A stretch of DNA of 64,000 nucleotides from Eledone cirrhosa (taxonomy: Eukaryota). Every line of letters starts with the position of its first letter. The stretch's first letter is position 1. The stretch covers positions 234,856,001 through 234,920,000 of the forward strand of contig OZ024742.1 in assembly GCA_964016885.1 (NCBI GenBank), written 5' to 3'. The notes below the pieces were generated by a model that saw nothing but the letters and a program-made list of their open reading frames with translations, was not told the DNA's origin and ran no database searches. Positions 50,966-62,520 of the stretch are shown one piece after another. The translations under genes were made by a program, and so were the position numbers.

Positions 50966-51230
50966 GTGTCCAGCAGGAAGACACACTTGGTCCACTCCTC
51001 TTTGCTCTGCCAGTCGATGACATTGTCCACTTGATCTGGTCTCCCCTTAACATTTGGTACCTGGACGACGAGACCCTGGGTGGCCCGGCTGAGATGGTAG
51101 TTGAGGGCCTTCAGCAAATCATTCCAGCTCTAAAGCTCCTTGAACTTGAGCTCAACCCATTCAAGTCTGAGGTGACAAACATCAGCTACAGCCAGCATAA
51201 ATTTCGATCCCACATATTCGTGTTCTGACA
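50965..51230 (+). mobile_element. CRE-like RT fragment
   Basis: GVQQEDTLGPLLFAL...WYLDDETLGG...LELNPFKSE. Confidence 0.75.
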
Positions 51231-51799
51231 TTTCGCTACCTCTTTTGTTGTCGATCACTGCTCCTGCATCAATCTGAATGGAGAACTAATGTAGCGAAAT
51301 CTCTTCACACACACTGACCCCTGAATGACATTTAGCTGCTATTTCTCTTTATCTGTGTTGGCATCAGTAGTCTGGAGTGGCTGGTTAGCCCGAAGTGAGG
51401 TGAGGTAAGTTTTTCTTTGTCTCCTTAGACTCCGGCTTTTTCAAAGAGAAGCATCACTTCGACCTACTCAAGCAAATAGCGAGATGTAGCACTTATCAAA
51501 ATAAATTTTGGCCCTATCCACAAGGGCCCAACAGCAATTCTTCCATCGACACTTCAACTACACACAAAGCATCATCTGCTATTGATGTAGACAACACAGC
51601 TCCCTTGCACTGCATGTTTACTGCTATCTATGCTGAGAATACTGACTGACTATAATTTGGCACCTACTTTAGCATATAAACAAAGCTTCTCCAGCAAAAC
51701 AAAAAGGACTTTTTGAACACTGTATTCATTTGTGAGTGTTACCATATAACTTTATATTTTTTATGAATTGAAGTAATCATATTCTTTTCCTTTTTATAT

Positions 51800-52375
51800 T
51801 ATAATGATAATAAAATTATTGTATACAGTGCACTACAACTCATCAAAGGTGCATGTATAGTACATAGAATAATGTACAAATGTCAGGAAAGTGAACAGTG
51901 TATGAGTCATGATATACATGCATGTGTGTATAGAGGAGGGATATCAGGTGTAGTGTTGGTGAATTTCAGGAAGCATGGAGGTTTTAAAGGATGCAGTGTC
52001 TCACCAGCTAACAACTGATGCAAGTAGTTTGTTCCATGCTTCAGAAAATGTTTCTGAAAGTCATGGGAGCTGTGCTGTTTTCTGACTTTGTAGGCATGCC
52101 CACGTGTGATGGACACATGGAATTCAAAAAGGTGCTTGTTGTTGGCAAGATGGTTAATAGTTTTGAGGGTGTTTACGAAATCAGTTGCCAGGTGTCGGAG
52201 CTTCAATGTATCCATGCCCAGGGAAGCAAGGCATTCAGAGTGTGGTAGATGCCTGATGGAGGGTATTTGCTTGGTTGCACATCTTTGAACAGTTTCCAGG
52301 AGGTCAATGTTCCAGACTGGTGATTCAAATTCTAAGTGTGGCCACACCATAGCTGTATAGTGAAGTAAAGTTATA
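51800..52375 (-). mobile_element. CR1-group LINE 3' fragment
   Basis: VWPHLEFESPVW, LETVQRCATK and TRGHAYKV, with a TTA-rich tail. Confidence 0.85.
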
Positions 52376-52484
52376 TATCTAACCAACATTATTGTATTTG
52401 TCGTGTTCACCATCATTTTTCAACAATAACCACTAACTTCACTTCATATATATAGTTGAAAAGAACAAACAAAATGCAGGAGGC

Positions 52485-52540
<56 letters not shown>

Positions 52541-52548
<8 letters not shown>

Positions 52549-53095
52549 ATACTTTGGGAGGGTCATTCTGTCAATAAAAACACTCACCTGTTGGTTTCCA
52601 CTTCAATTTATTGTAAATTTCTGGTTGGTTGGTTAGTCCGTTCGATAACTGGATGGTTGTTTATATATTGTGAAAGTTCTTTCGTCACATATTCTGTGAC
52701 CTCCTCAGTGACTAGGTTTTTATTTTGTGTCTCTCCTTTGTTCTGTCCTACACCATCTTTCTTTTTGTGTGTTGTGTGCTTAGTTTGCGCATGTGTTACA
52801 TCCGTGTGTGTGAGTGTTTTTATATATTTATTTGTGTTATTTACTTGTCACTAGTTGGTTATTTGTTTTATCTGTGTGTCTGATTTGTTTTGTTAGTTTG
52901 TTTTTTGTGTGTCTTTAGGTCTTCATTTTGTCCTTAATTAGTAATTGTAATGTTGCTATTCCACTCATGTTTTCTCTTAATTTTGGTTGGAGTTCGTTTA
53001 TGTTTGTCACTTCTGTGATTTGTCTGAGCATTGCATCTTTTCTGTGTGTGGATATAATTTCAATCTCTATATTATCTAATGTGCCCCTAAGTTCT
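52541..53095 (-). mobile_element. Penelope-like element 3' end (GIY-YIG tail + pLTR)
   Basis: Minus strand reads IEIISTHRKDAMLRQITEVTNINELQPKL..HEWN, like PLE endonuclease C-termini, followed by a hammerhead-bearing terminal repeat also seen at 55872. Confidence 0.7.
52670..52712 (-). ncRNA. Minimal hammerhead motif in PLE pLTR
   Basis: GUCA-CUGAGGA-G-GUCACA GAAUA UGUGAC-GAAA-GAAC-UU^UCAC, with one stem I mismatch. Confidence 0.6.
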
Positions 53096-53411
53096 AGACA
53101 AGTAGTAAAGCAGAAGTTCTGGGGATCTAATGAATCAGTTATTTTTTAAAATTTTAGTTTGCACCTGTCACATAACAAGCTTTCACAATTCAAGGCTCTT
53201 ATTTTTTTATCATTGAGGGTTACTCCTCCAGATGATTGATCTGGGACTGTTTATTTAATCCACAGCTAACCTTCATATCTGAAGGCCTTTCCACTAATCT
53301 CCACAGAGAAAAATATACAACATACACATACACATACACATACATATGATGATGACTACAACTCGATTTCAAGTAATGCCATTGCTTTATACTTAAGCAT
53401 GTGTTGCTTTT

Positions 53412-53945
53412 GAGCTGACTTACAGCTCTGAGTTTTTCATCCTCAGTGTATACTGATTAATGTTCAGAGCCATCCTCAGCATTCTCGTGTAGCACCCATC
53501 CACCATCTGAGTGAGTCTCTTGGTCAGTGTCCAAGTCTCAGACCCATACAGCAGCACAGACTCCACTACAGCAATGAAGAGGCGGATTTTCAGGTCTCTA
53601 CGAAGGTCCGACTTCCACACCGATCTCAAGCTGTGACACGCCACCCAGGCCTTGCTCTTCCTCTCAACCACATCATCTTCCGTATTCCCAATCTTTGCAG
53701 AGGAGACTGAGGTTGGCTGGACATGCTCACCGACATCCAGAGTTGACATTGCACTCAGTGCTCCTTTGGGAGCCCCTACATGGACACACTAGAAGAGGAA
53801 GACCAAGGTTAACATATGTTGATGCCCTAAGGACAGACACTGGTCTGTTGGAGATGCAGGACATGGCAGCGATAATGAGGGGCAGAGACCACTGGAGAGA
53901 ACTCGTCCATGGATCTCGGGAATTTTACTCGCCTTAGATGTAGAG
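53412..53945 (+). mobile_element. 5'-inverted, truncated RTE-type LINE with 13-bp TSD
   Basis: 53412-53694 is on the minus strand (LLYGSETW...NSEL) and 53695-53937 on the plus strand (RRLRLAGH...RGRPRLTY). TSD ATGTGTTGCTTTT at 53399-53411 and 53946-53958. Confidence 0.88.
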
Positions 53946-55871
53946 ATGTGTTGCTTTTTAGTCCTGCTAGGGACTTGTCTAGAGGAAGCAATGCCATACA
54001 TTGCAAAAAATGTTACATATCAAGTAATGCCTGAACTTGAAGCTTTTTTAAGTCAGGAAAGGCTTTGCATGAGGCTAATTCCACTCTTTGAACGAATGAT
54101 TTTGCCCAAAAAGTAGAACTGGTCTACATCATTGGATGTGAATGAAGTCACAGGTTTTATATCAGAGTGACTTTCTCCTAGATAGATATCTTAATAAAGA
54201 CTAGGATTCTCTCGCTCTACGAAATAACACACACACACACACATATATATATACACATATACACACATACACGTACACACATGCATACACACACACACAT
54301 ATATATATATACAAATATACAAACTGTTGGATAGCCTTTGACTCTCCTGAGCTCCTCTGCCCTTTGACGGGTTTTGCTTTTCATCCCATAGAGTGTTCAA
54401 AAATCACCCCTCCTCACCAAGGAAGCCTTGGTGGCATTGCTGGTTTAGTCACCGACAACCTGGTTATGCAACAGGTTGTACTGGGTTACATGTTACCAGT
54501 ATATGTGTGTGTGTGTGAGTGTACTGAAAAGGAAATGTAGTGAAGTGCAATGTAACAAAGTTAGATGTTAAGTTGATGCAGCGATGGATGAATTGGTTTA
54601 TGTTTATTGATGTTCATTTGGGTGTGGCAGAGGTTGTAGTAGTTTGTATTGTTATTGGCTTACTGGGTGATTATGAAGCAGGTGAAAATGGACCCATATA
54701 TAAGCACTGTGGAAAAAATGCTGAGGAATGAACAAGTAAAACATGGTTGCTACATAAAGAATTTTTATTAAGAAAATAGCTTATTTTGAAGCTATTGTCA
54801 ATAAGACAGGAAAACAACAAAGAACAGAGTGAATTGGGTGTTATGTTGGTTTGCGTGAATGTAGTAGTAATCTGACCAGATGCATGAACAAACCTTTATA
54901 GAAATAGTCCAACCTGTCGACTGGGTTGGAGTGTTTGGTTAAATGCTACAGCTCTCTACTGCTTGAAATTCTTTCTGCAACTCAAAATGATCCTTCTCTC
55001 CTGAGAAACAAAAGTGGAATGACCTAGAGAAAAACTTATCTCATTTAATCTCAAATTGTCCATTATCTCCAGACCACTGATGCCAATCCAAGTTAAAGAG
55101 AAACAACTTTGCCATGCTGGTTAGAGGTCAAATTTTTGGTGGCCGCTTAATAGGCAGAATGAAACCCTATTGCAGAGAGTATCAAATTACTGCAGTACAC
55201 AGACACACATACACACGTCTGTACACATCGCTGCTTCCCCATCACCATAGGACTTTGAAGAGATATCCACACAAAGAGATCAAAGCAACATGTGCTTGTG
55301 CAACACGCATGCTGCTCTCTAAGTATCAACAGCTAGAATCCAACGATAGGCAGATGCAAGATGATTGGTAGCTGTATCAGCTGTATCTGCAGGTATTTCA
55401 GAGTGTCCTTAGGTATTTCAGAGCAGCCATAGGTCTTAAATAAATAATAACTAGGTAAAAAAGATAGATAAGATAAAATGGAATTTTAAAAAAAATTATT
55501 TAAAAGTTTAAAAGTTTAAAATTTGAAAGTTTAAAAGTAAAAAAAAAAAAAAATAAATAAAAATAAAATAAAAATACACACACACACACATACAAACAAT
55601 CCCACACATACCCAGATTTATACATTTACACACCCACACAATACATACATATAAACACACTGTTGGATAGCCATTGACTCTCATGAGTTCCTCCACCTTT
55701 TGTCAGGTCTCGTTTTTCATCCTGCAGAGTATCCAATCACGCTCCTCACCAAGCAAGCTTGGTGGGGCTGCCAGTTTAGTCGTGCGACAACCCAACCATG
55801 TGACAGGTTGTACTGAGATACATGTTACCAGTAGCACTCAGGAGCGACCTGACACTATATAATTATATTAT

Positions 55872-56250
55872 ATATTGTTATACTTTGGGAGGGTCATGTT
55901 GCCAATAAGAAACACACGCACCAGTTGCTTTCACTCCAATTTATTATAAATTAAATTATAAATTTAAAAATTTATAAATTTCCAGTTGGTTGGTTCCACA
56001 ACTGGACGGTTGTTCATATATTGTCAAAGTTCTTTCGTCACACATTCTGTGACCTCTTCAGTGACTGGGGATTCTTTTCTTTGTTTTGTGCCTCTCCTTT
56101 GTTCTGTCCTTAATTTATAATAAATTGGAGTGAAAGCAACTGATGCGTGTGTTTCTTATTGGCAACATGACCCTTCCAAACTATAACAATATCGGTTTCA
56201 ACACACGTTTTCAGATAAAGAATCTTGCTAAACAAATTCAGAAACGAAAT
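55872..56250. mobile_element. PLE pLTR in inverted (tail-to-tail) arrangement
   Basis: 83-bp inverted arms at 55872-55954 and 56110-56192. Homologous to 52541-52750. Confidence 0.78.
56023..56065 (-). ncRNA. Minimal hammerhead motif in PLE pLTR
   Basis: GUCA-CUGAAGA-G-GUCACA GAAUG UGUGAC-GAAA-GAAC-UU^UGAC. Confidence 0.68.
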
Positions 56251-56479
56251 ATATTATATATATTTTATATATATATATAATTCTCAGGCTCTTTTTATTT
56301 ATGGAATATATAATGAAAATACAGTTTAATAGAAAAAGAAAAAAAGAAAATTTAGATTGAGAAGAATGGAATATAAAATAGGAAAATATAGAGAAAAAAG
56401 AGAAAAAGAAAAAAGAAAAGAACGGGAAGGGGAGGGGATGGCAAGAACTCTAGTGTCACAGAAGAATGGGGAGGATGAA

Positions 56480-57195
56480 TGGGCTCTGAGCCTAGGGCAC
56501 AGGAGTAGAAGGGCTGCATCCTGTGGACAAGGGTGCAAAAGCATTCCCGCGGACAATGGCCAGTGACACCCACTGCAATAGCCACTCCACCTTGCAGGGC
56601 TCCTCCCTCAGACGGGCCACCAACGTTCCGATGTTGCGGAGGAGCTCGACTGTATGGGGTCTCAATGCCGACCAGTGTGGCAACAGTCTCCGGTATTTGT
56701 TTATTTTCCATTCCTCTTCAAGGCAGCCCATGGTACCAGGGTTTGTGGCTGAAATGACTAAGTTGGAGGCGAAGAATGTGTCGCAACCGGTGCCATCCCA
56801 GATGAGGGATCTACCTCCTTCGAATGGGAAGAGGGTGATTCCATTGGGATGTTTAACCTCTCCCCAATGAAGGGCTGCTGGCTCCAGCTGTGATCAAAAG
56901 CCAGCTGCTCCTTCTCAGTATGGCACTGAGAGCGGCGTGTTGGGGGAACGGGCCTGCGCTCTGGTGGCAAGACGGTAGGTGCAGGCCTAATTTGTCAACA
57001 ACCAGCCCGCAATGGCATTTATTTGGCCCACACACGCGTAGGTCGAGGTGTTGAGCCATTCCGATGCGAATGCACTGATCATGAAGAAGGGTACCGGTTG
57101 ATGAGGTGGGCATCAAATTGAGCCACGCACCACTATTGGGCTGAGAAGCGGAGTAGAGGCAGGCAAGGTGGTGTTGGTCCAAGCCAGACTCGATC
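56480..57195 (-). mobile_element. CRE-clade non-LTR retrotransposon 3' fragment
   Basis: SGAWL, CHCG..D..GLH..SC, KHPNGITLFPF..GRSLIWD and SLAIVRGNA. Confidence 0.85.
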
Positions 57196-57217
57196 CGCCT
57201 GACAGAAGATCTACAAT

Positions 57218-57341
57218 TTATATATATTATATATATATATATATTATATATATATATATTATATATATATATATTATATATATATATATTATATATATAT
57301 ATTATATATATATATTATATATATATATTATATATATATAT
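57218..57341. repeat. Imperfect (TA)n microsatellite
   Basis: Seen directly. Other long tracts: (TG)/(TA) at 35867-35977 and 37899-37975, (TA) at 52487-52543, (TG) at 58420-58482. Confidence 0.95.
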
Positions 57342-57484
57342 GCTTTCCAGCATAGTTACGTCCCTTTACGATCTGAGTTCAAATCCCGCCGAGGTTGACT
57401 TTGCCTTTCATCCTTACGGAGTCGATAAAATAAAGTACCAGTAATGCACTGGTTAATTGCTGGCCTTGTGCCTAAAGTAGAAAC

Positions 57485-57490
<6 letters not shown>
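57341..57490 (+). mobile_element. 5'-truncated SINE family A between (TA)n tracts
   Basis: Matches 7430-7580. Confidence 0.9.
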
Positions 57491-57524
<34 letters not shown>

Positions 57525-58414
57525 CAAAGAATTGTGGTAAGGAACCAGATGGACCATAACGCACCAGAGTACTCAATACTTAGGGTAGTAGAGTGGGAAA
57601 TAGGAAAAAAGTATGACCCCGACGGCAGAGCTCAAGCGGTTTCGACGGCTATTTCTGGACTCCAGAAATAGCCATCGAAACGGCTTTTTTCTATATATAT
57701 ATATTTTTTTTCCTATATATATATATATATTGGTAAACAGAAAAGAAAATGCTGACAAATTGTTCACAGTGAAAAATAGTTTAATTAGGAATAAGTGAGA
57801 ATTAGTAATAGTATTGGTTAGTATTCAGTTTTGGTTTTAAGTTTTACCGGTTGCGCATTTCTAATGCTTTTCAAAAATAATTTTGAGATAAAGCGTCCGT
57901 GATGTTTGCTCTAATCTGATTAGTTTTGGAAATTCTACCTGTTTTTATGTGAAAAAAGTGGCTCCAGCGGTATTAAAATAAGTTTCGCGCCAATTCGTGT
58001 TGCAAAAATTCTTGTGGTCAAAACAATTTTGATTGGTCGGTAGAGGTCATGGGAATGTTCAAAATTGATTTTGCGCCAAATGTAGGTTTGTGTCGGCTGA
58101 TTGAGAAGTCACTGAAAAATAAATCTTTCAAAACAAATATGTGTATGTGTGTGTAGTAGTAGTAAAGAGGTTCGTTGTTGTGATAATGGTCAGCAGGGAT
58201 GTGTGTGCGAACCGCAGCCTGTTGACAGTTCAAATGCCTATTAAGACAAGTGTGTGTGTGTGTAGCAGAGTAATTCGTGGTAGAGGGATGATCAGTAGGA
58301 ATGTGTCTGTAAGTGTGTGGGGGATATTTTAACATGTTAAAAGATATTTTTCAGCTCTTGTCTTATACGGAGAAGTGTGTGTGTGTATGTCTCTTTGTAT
58401 GTTAATGTACGCGT

Positions 58415-58485
<71 letters not shown>

Positions 58486-58942
58486 AATGTGTGTGTGTGT
58501 GGGTGGACTAGTATTTATTTTTGTGATACTAGTAAAATGGTGTACATTATTCAATATTTTCAGTAAAAACGACTCTCAATAGAACATCAAAAACCTTAAT
58601 AATAAAAGGTGTGAAATGATATATAGTATTGGCATAATACCAAGGTGTGTGTGAGTGTCCAGATTGTACGCACTGCAAGGGGAATCCATTAGGCCTTGCC
58701 GTATTGGAATACTTGTGTACAAATATGTATGTGCCCATCAGTGTGCAATGAATGTGTGCGTTTATGTATGTGTGTGTGTCGGCACGTTTATATCTATAGA
58801 CATCAAAAGGTATGCACATTTGTGTATATTTGTGTTGCACCATAGAACATGTGTGTTTACGTATGTCATTGTGTTTATATGTGGATAGAGATGTATGCTG
58901 ATGTAGGTATGTATGTTGACGTGTGTATGTTGTGGGTTCATC

Positions 58943-61242
58943 TTAGGGAGAAGTGTTTAGACGGGGTCCGTATTTGTTAATAAAGTAAGATTCCTTGCTG
59001 ATGCACTGGGTGTGGGTGGCATTATCTTTAAATTTGTAGAGGGGAAAGATTCTGAAGTTGGGATGATTTTGGGCGGCACAGGTATCAATGTGTTCACTCA
59101 GTGGTATTTTCCTGTATTCCCGTATTTTAATTTGGGATCTATGGACAGTCATGCATTGGCGGAGGCTGTTTTTGGTCTGGCCTATGTATTGTTCTTGACA
59201 ACCTGAGCAAGTTAATACATATATTAGATTTTCTGATGCGCATGTGAAATTGTGTTTTACTATAAAACGTTGTCCTTCTTTGAAATAGAATTCCGAACCC
59301 TCTATTAGGTTGATGCATATGCCACAGTTGGGTCTATCGCATTTTTTTACTGTAGGTTTCGTTGTTGTGGTTGGCAGTACTTTAACATGTGTTAGGATGT
59401 TTTTCATTGACTTAGATTGTCTTTTGCTCTTTATGATATCGTGTGTTCGTAGGATTTGGTTCATTCTATGGTCCTTTTTCAACACAGGGATGTTCTGGAG
59501 GATGGTGTCAAAGGCCTCATTGTTGAGGGGGTTGTGTGTGGAGATGTATGGAAGAGCTTTTAGTTTCGGTTGATTTACTTTAGGGTGTCTAAGGTCCTGG
59601 GTACTGAGTTTTAGGGCACGTTGGATTCCATTATCAATTAGTGATGCAGTGTGTCCTTTAGTTCTTGTAGCCGTAAGTAGCAGGTATTTTTATTGGAGAC
59701 TATAGTACAGATTCTCTTGGCTAAGTTGTAGGGAATATTAATTTTAACGTGTCTAGGGTGGCAAGAGTTGAAAGGAAGATATTGCTTGGAGTCTGTGGGC
59801 TTGTAGTATATATCTGTTTCTATTTTTTTGTTATGGATCTTAATGAGGATGTCGAGGAAGGGGAGTTGTTGATGGCTGTATTCCATCGTGAAGTTAATAT
59901 TCGTGTTGAGCCCATTTATAAGGGTGTGAAATTCTTTAAGTTTCTCGATGTTTTTGTACCAAAGGATGAAGCAGTCATCTAGATATCGCTTCCAGTTCCT
60001 TTCTATGTGTAAGTGGAGAGTGTTTCCAAATTTGTTTAGGACTTTAGTGTAGAGGGTGATTTCCAGGTATCCCATGACTAGGTTGGCATAAGTGGGGGCT
60101 GTTTTCGTTCCCATAGCGGTCCCAAATTTCTGCCTGTAGGGTTTGTTATTGAAAATGAAGTAATTGTTCTCCAAGATAAATTTGAGTCCCTCTATCATGA
60201 ATTCTTTTTTGATGCGTTGTGGGAGTTCATTGTGGTAATTATCCAGCCAGAATTGGATAGCTTCTATTCCTAGGTTGTGGGGGATGTTGGAGTATAGGTT
60301 GACTACATCGAACGTCACTAGTAGGGTTTGTTCAGAAAGGGGCATATTAGGGAGATGATTGAGCATATCTAGGTCGTCCCTTATATAGCTTTTGATGTGT
60401 TTGAGAAAAGGCTTGAGATGGGTATCAATGAAGTTGCTAAGGCGGTGGGTTTTGCAAGCGGGGCCTATTATAGGTCTTAATTTGAGATCATTGGGTGAGG
60501 GGACATTGATGACTATGTCTGTGGCTTCCTTGCATGCCTTACTTATTAATTCGCTTTTATGTACTTTAGGGATACCGTAGAAAAGGCTGGATTTACTTGT
60601 GAAGTCTGTGATGAAGCTGAATTCCTTGTTAGTGAGTCCTTCTTTGTATTGGTTGATCAGAGTTTTTAGGTTTCTCATAATTTTCTGATTGTAGTGTTCA
60701 GCCTTTTCGTAGTATGTTTCGTTTTCCAAAGTGGAGAGCGCTAAGTTGATATAGAATTCTGTCTCCATTAGGACTACTGTACTCCCTTTATCAGCCTCTT
60801 TAATTGTAATGGTTCTGTCGGTTTTTAATCTATTTAATTCTTCCCATTCTTTCTTGTTGAGGTTTGGCTTGTGTTTTTGTCTGTGCAAGTGTTGGTAAGG
60901 GAAGTTTGTGATGTGTTCACAGAATTCGTCCAGGATTTTATTTCTACCTTTTGATGGGGTGTAATTGCTTCTATTTCTGGCTAATGATTCATCCTCATTG
61001 TACTGGTCGAATAGTTCTTCACTGAATCGTAACTTTCTACAGAAGTCTGTGATGTCTTCCTTCATTTCATAGTAGTTAGGACGTAGTTGGGTCGGTGTGA
61101 ATTTAAGATCTTTGAAGAGTAAGTTGATAAGGTTGGGTGTTGGTTCTGCACTAGTTAGATTGATAATTTTTATTACTCTCGGTTTCTCCTCCCTGTCTTG
61201 TGTTATTTTGTTTGCCTGTATCTGTGTGCTGTGTCTAAAAAA
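58943..61242 (-). pseudogene. PLE RT-GIY-YIG coding region with a frameshift lesion near 59640
   Basis: IINLT..LKFTPT, IKEADKG, YGIPKVHK, FDVVNLY, GTAMGT, RYLDD, LPFLD, YYKPTD and NLIYVLTCSGCQEQYIGQT. Confidence 0.9.
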
Positions 61243-61719
61243 TGGTTGGGGTAGAGGGGTTGTCTGCTGATGTTAAGTGGTCTCCTGTGTTTGTTATATT
61301 CCTTGTTGTTGTACAATGTGGTTCGGGTTGGTGGTTGTAGATTGAATGGGGTGTTCCTGTATTGCGAGTATGGGTGTGTGTTTCTATGTGCCATGTTGGA
61401 TTGTGGTGTTATAGGTGGCCTACGTTGTTGGTTGTATCGTGTGGTGTGGGTTTGTTGTGTATTGTGGAAGTGAGAGTTGAGAAAATGGAAATTACCTTGC
61501 TGTCCCCTTGAAGCGGGGAAGTTGTTACATCTATCATGGTGGTGGTATCTTTTCCCTATGTTTGACGATGAGGCATCCGTGTAGTAGTTGAGTGATTTGG
61601 TATGGTGTCTCCTTGAAGGTGGAAAGTTGTAAATGTCATTCTGGGGGAGATGATTTCTAGGGTTTTTGTTCCTTTTTATGGTAGCGAGGTTAGGAAGTTC
61701 ATCTTTGGTGTGGTGCTTC
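61203..61719 (-). CDS. PLE upstream ORF (N/H/R/P-rich, 5'-truncated)
   Basis: 172 open codons overlapping the start of the RT frame. The ATG is created at the (TA)n junction. Confidence 0.45.
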
Positions 61720-61734
61720 ATATATATATATATA

Positions 61735-61972
61735 TGTAGAGCTTATATTTAATTTGTTGGGATACAATAAGCTAAAATATTTTTATAACTGATATAAAGC
61801 ACTCAACAAATTATTGGAGTAAATATACAATATATTAACAAATGGAAACTATATTTATAAAACCATATTTATTTCATTATACATATTTCAAGGGTTACCA
61901 AGGCAGATTATGGTGCGCTTTCATCACATAAAATATAATACAGATTAGTTTTATAAATAAATATTGACATAC
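61735..61972 (-). mobile_element. Third copy of the 9660-10130 hammerhead repeat (motif 61870-61935, core mutated)
   Basis: Same flanks and stems, but the core reads GUGAUGA instead of CUGAUGA. Confidence 0.75.
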
Positions 61973-61978
61973 CCATAT

Positions 61979-62312
61979 GGAGGCACATGGCTTAGTGGTT
62001 AAAGCAATCGAAAGGTTGTGAGTTCAATTCTCAGACCGGGTGATGTGTTGTTTCCTTGAGCAAGACACTTTATTTCACATTGCTCCAGTTTACTCAGCTG
62101 TAGAAATGAGATGACAGGGACTGCGGTCCCTATCATTCCACTGCAAAGTGGTCGTGGAGGTGCCACGGCAAAAAAGCACCCAGCACTCACTGTAAATGAG
62201 GTTGGTGTTAGGAAGGGCATCCAGCTGTAGAAATCAAGCCAGAATCAGTTCCCGTCCCACCCTTGCAAGCAGGGAAAAAGCGGACGTAAAATGAAATGAT
62301 GATGATGATGAT
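61979..62312 (+). mobile_element. SINE family B
   Basis: Matches 5026-5356 with a small deletion in the anticodon arm. (GAT)n tail. Confidence 0.9.
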
Positions 62313-62342
62313 ACCCTGAAAAAAAAAAAAAAAATTATATAT

Positions 62343-62510
62343 AGTATCGCGAAAGGGTCAGACGACATGCTTTGAGTTACGGCCCTTGCCATTCTGAGTT
62401 CAAATCCCGCCGAGGTTAACTTTGTCTTTCATCCTTACGGGGTCGATAAAATAAAGTACCAGTAATGCACTGGGTATTTGTGGCCTTGTGCCAAAAGTAG
62501 AAACAATTAT
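62343..62510 (+). mobile_element. SINE family A
   Basis: B-box, core and GAAACAATTAT end. Confidence 0.88.
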
Positions 62511-62520
62511 ATTTATATTA

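Larger units (their letters stand above)
57730..61719 (-). mobile_element. Penelope-like element, Neptune-type, 5'-truncated
   Basis: RT plus GIY-YIG with a Cys-rich linker (CDRPNCGIC). Long 3' region with (CA)n; (TA)n at both ends. Confidence 0.9.
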
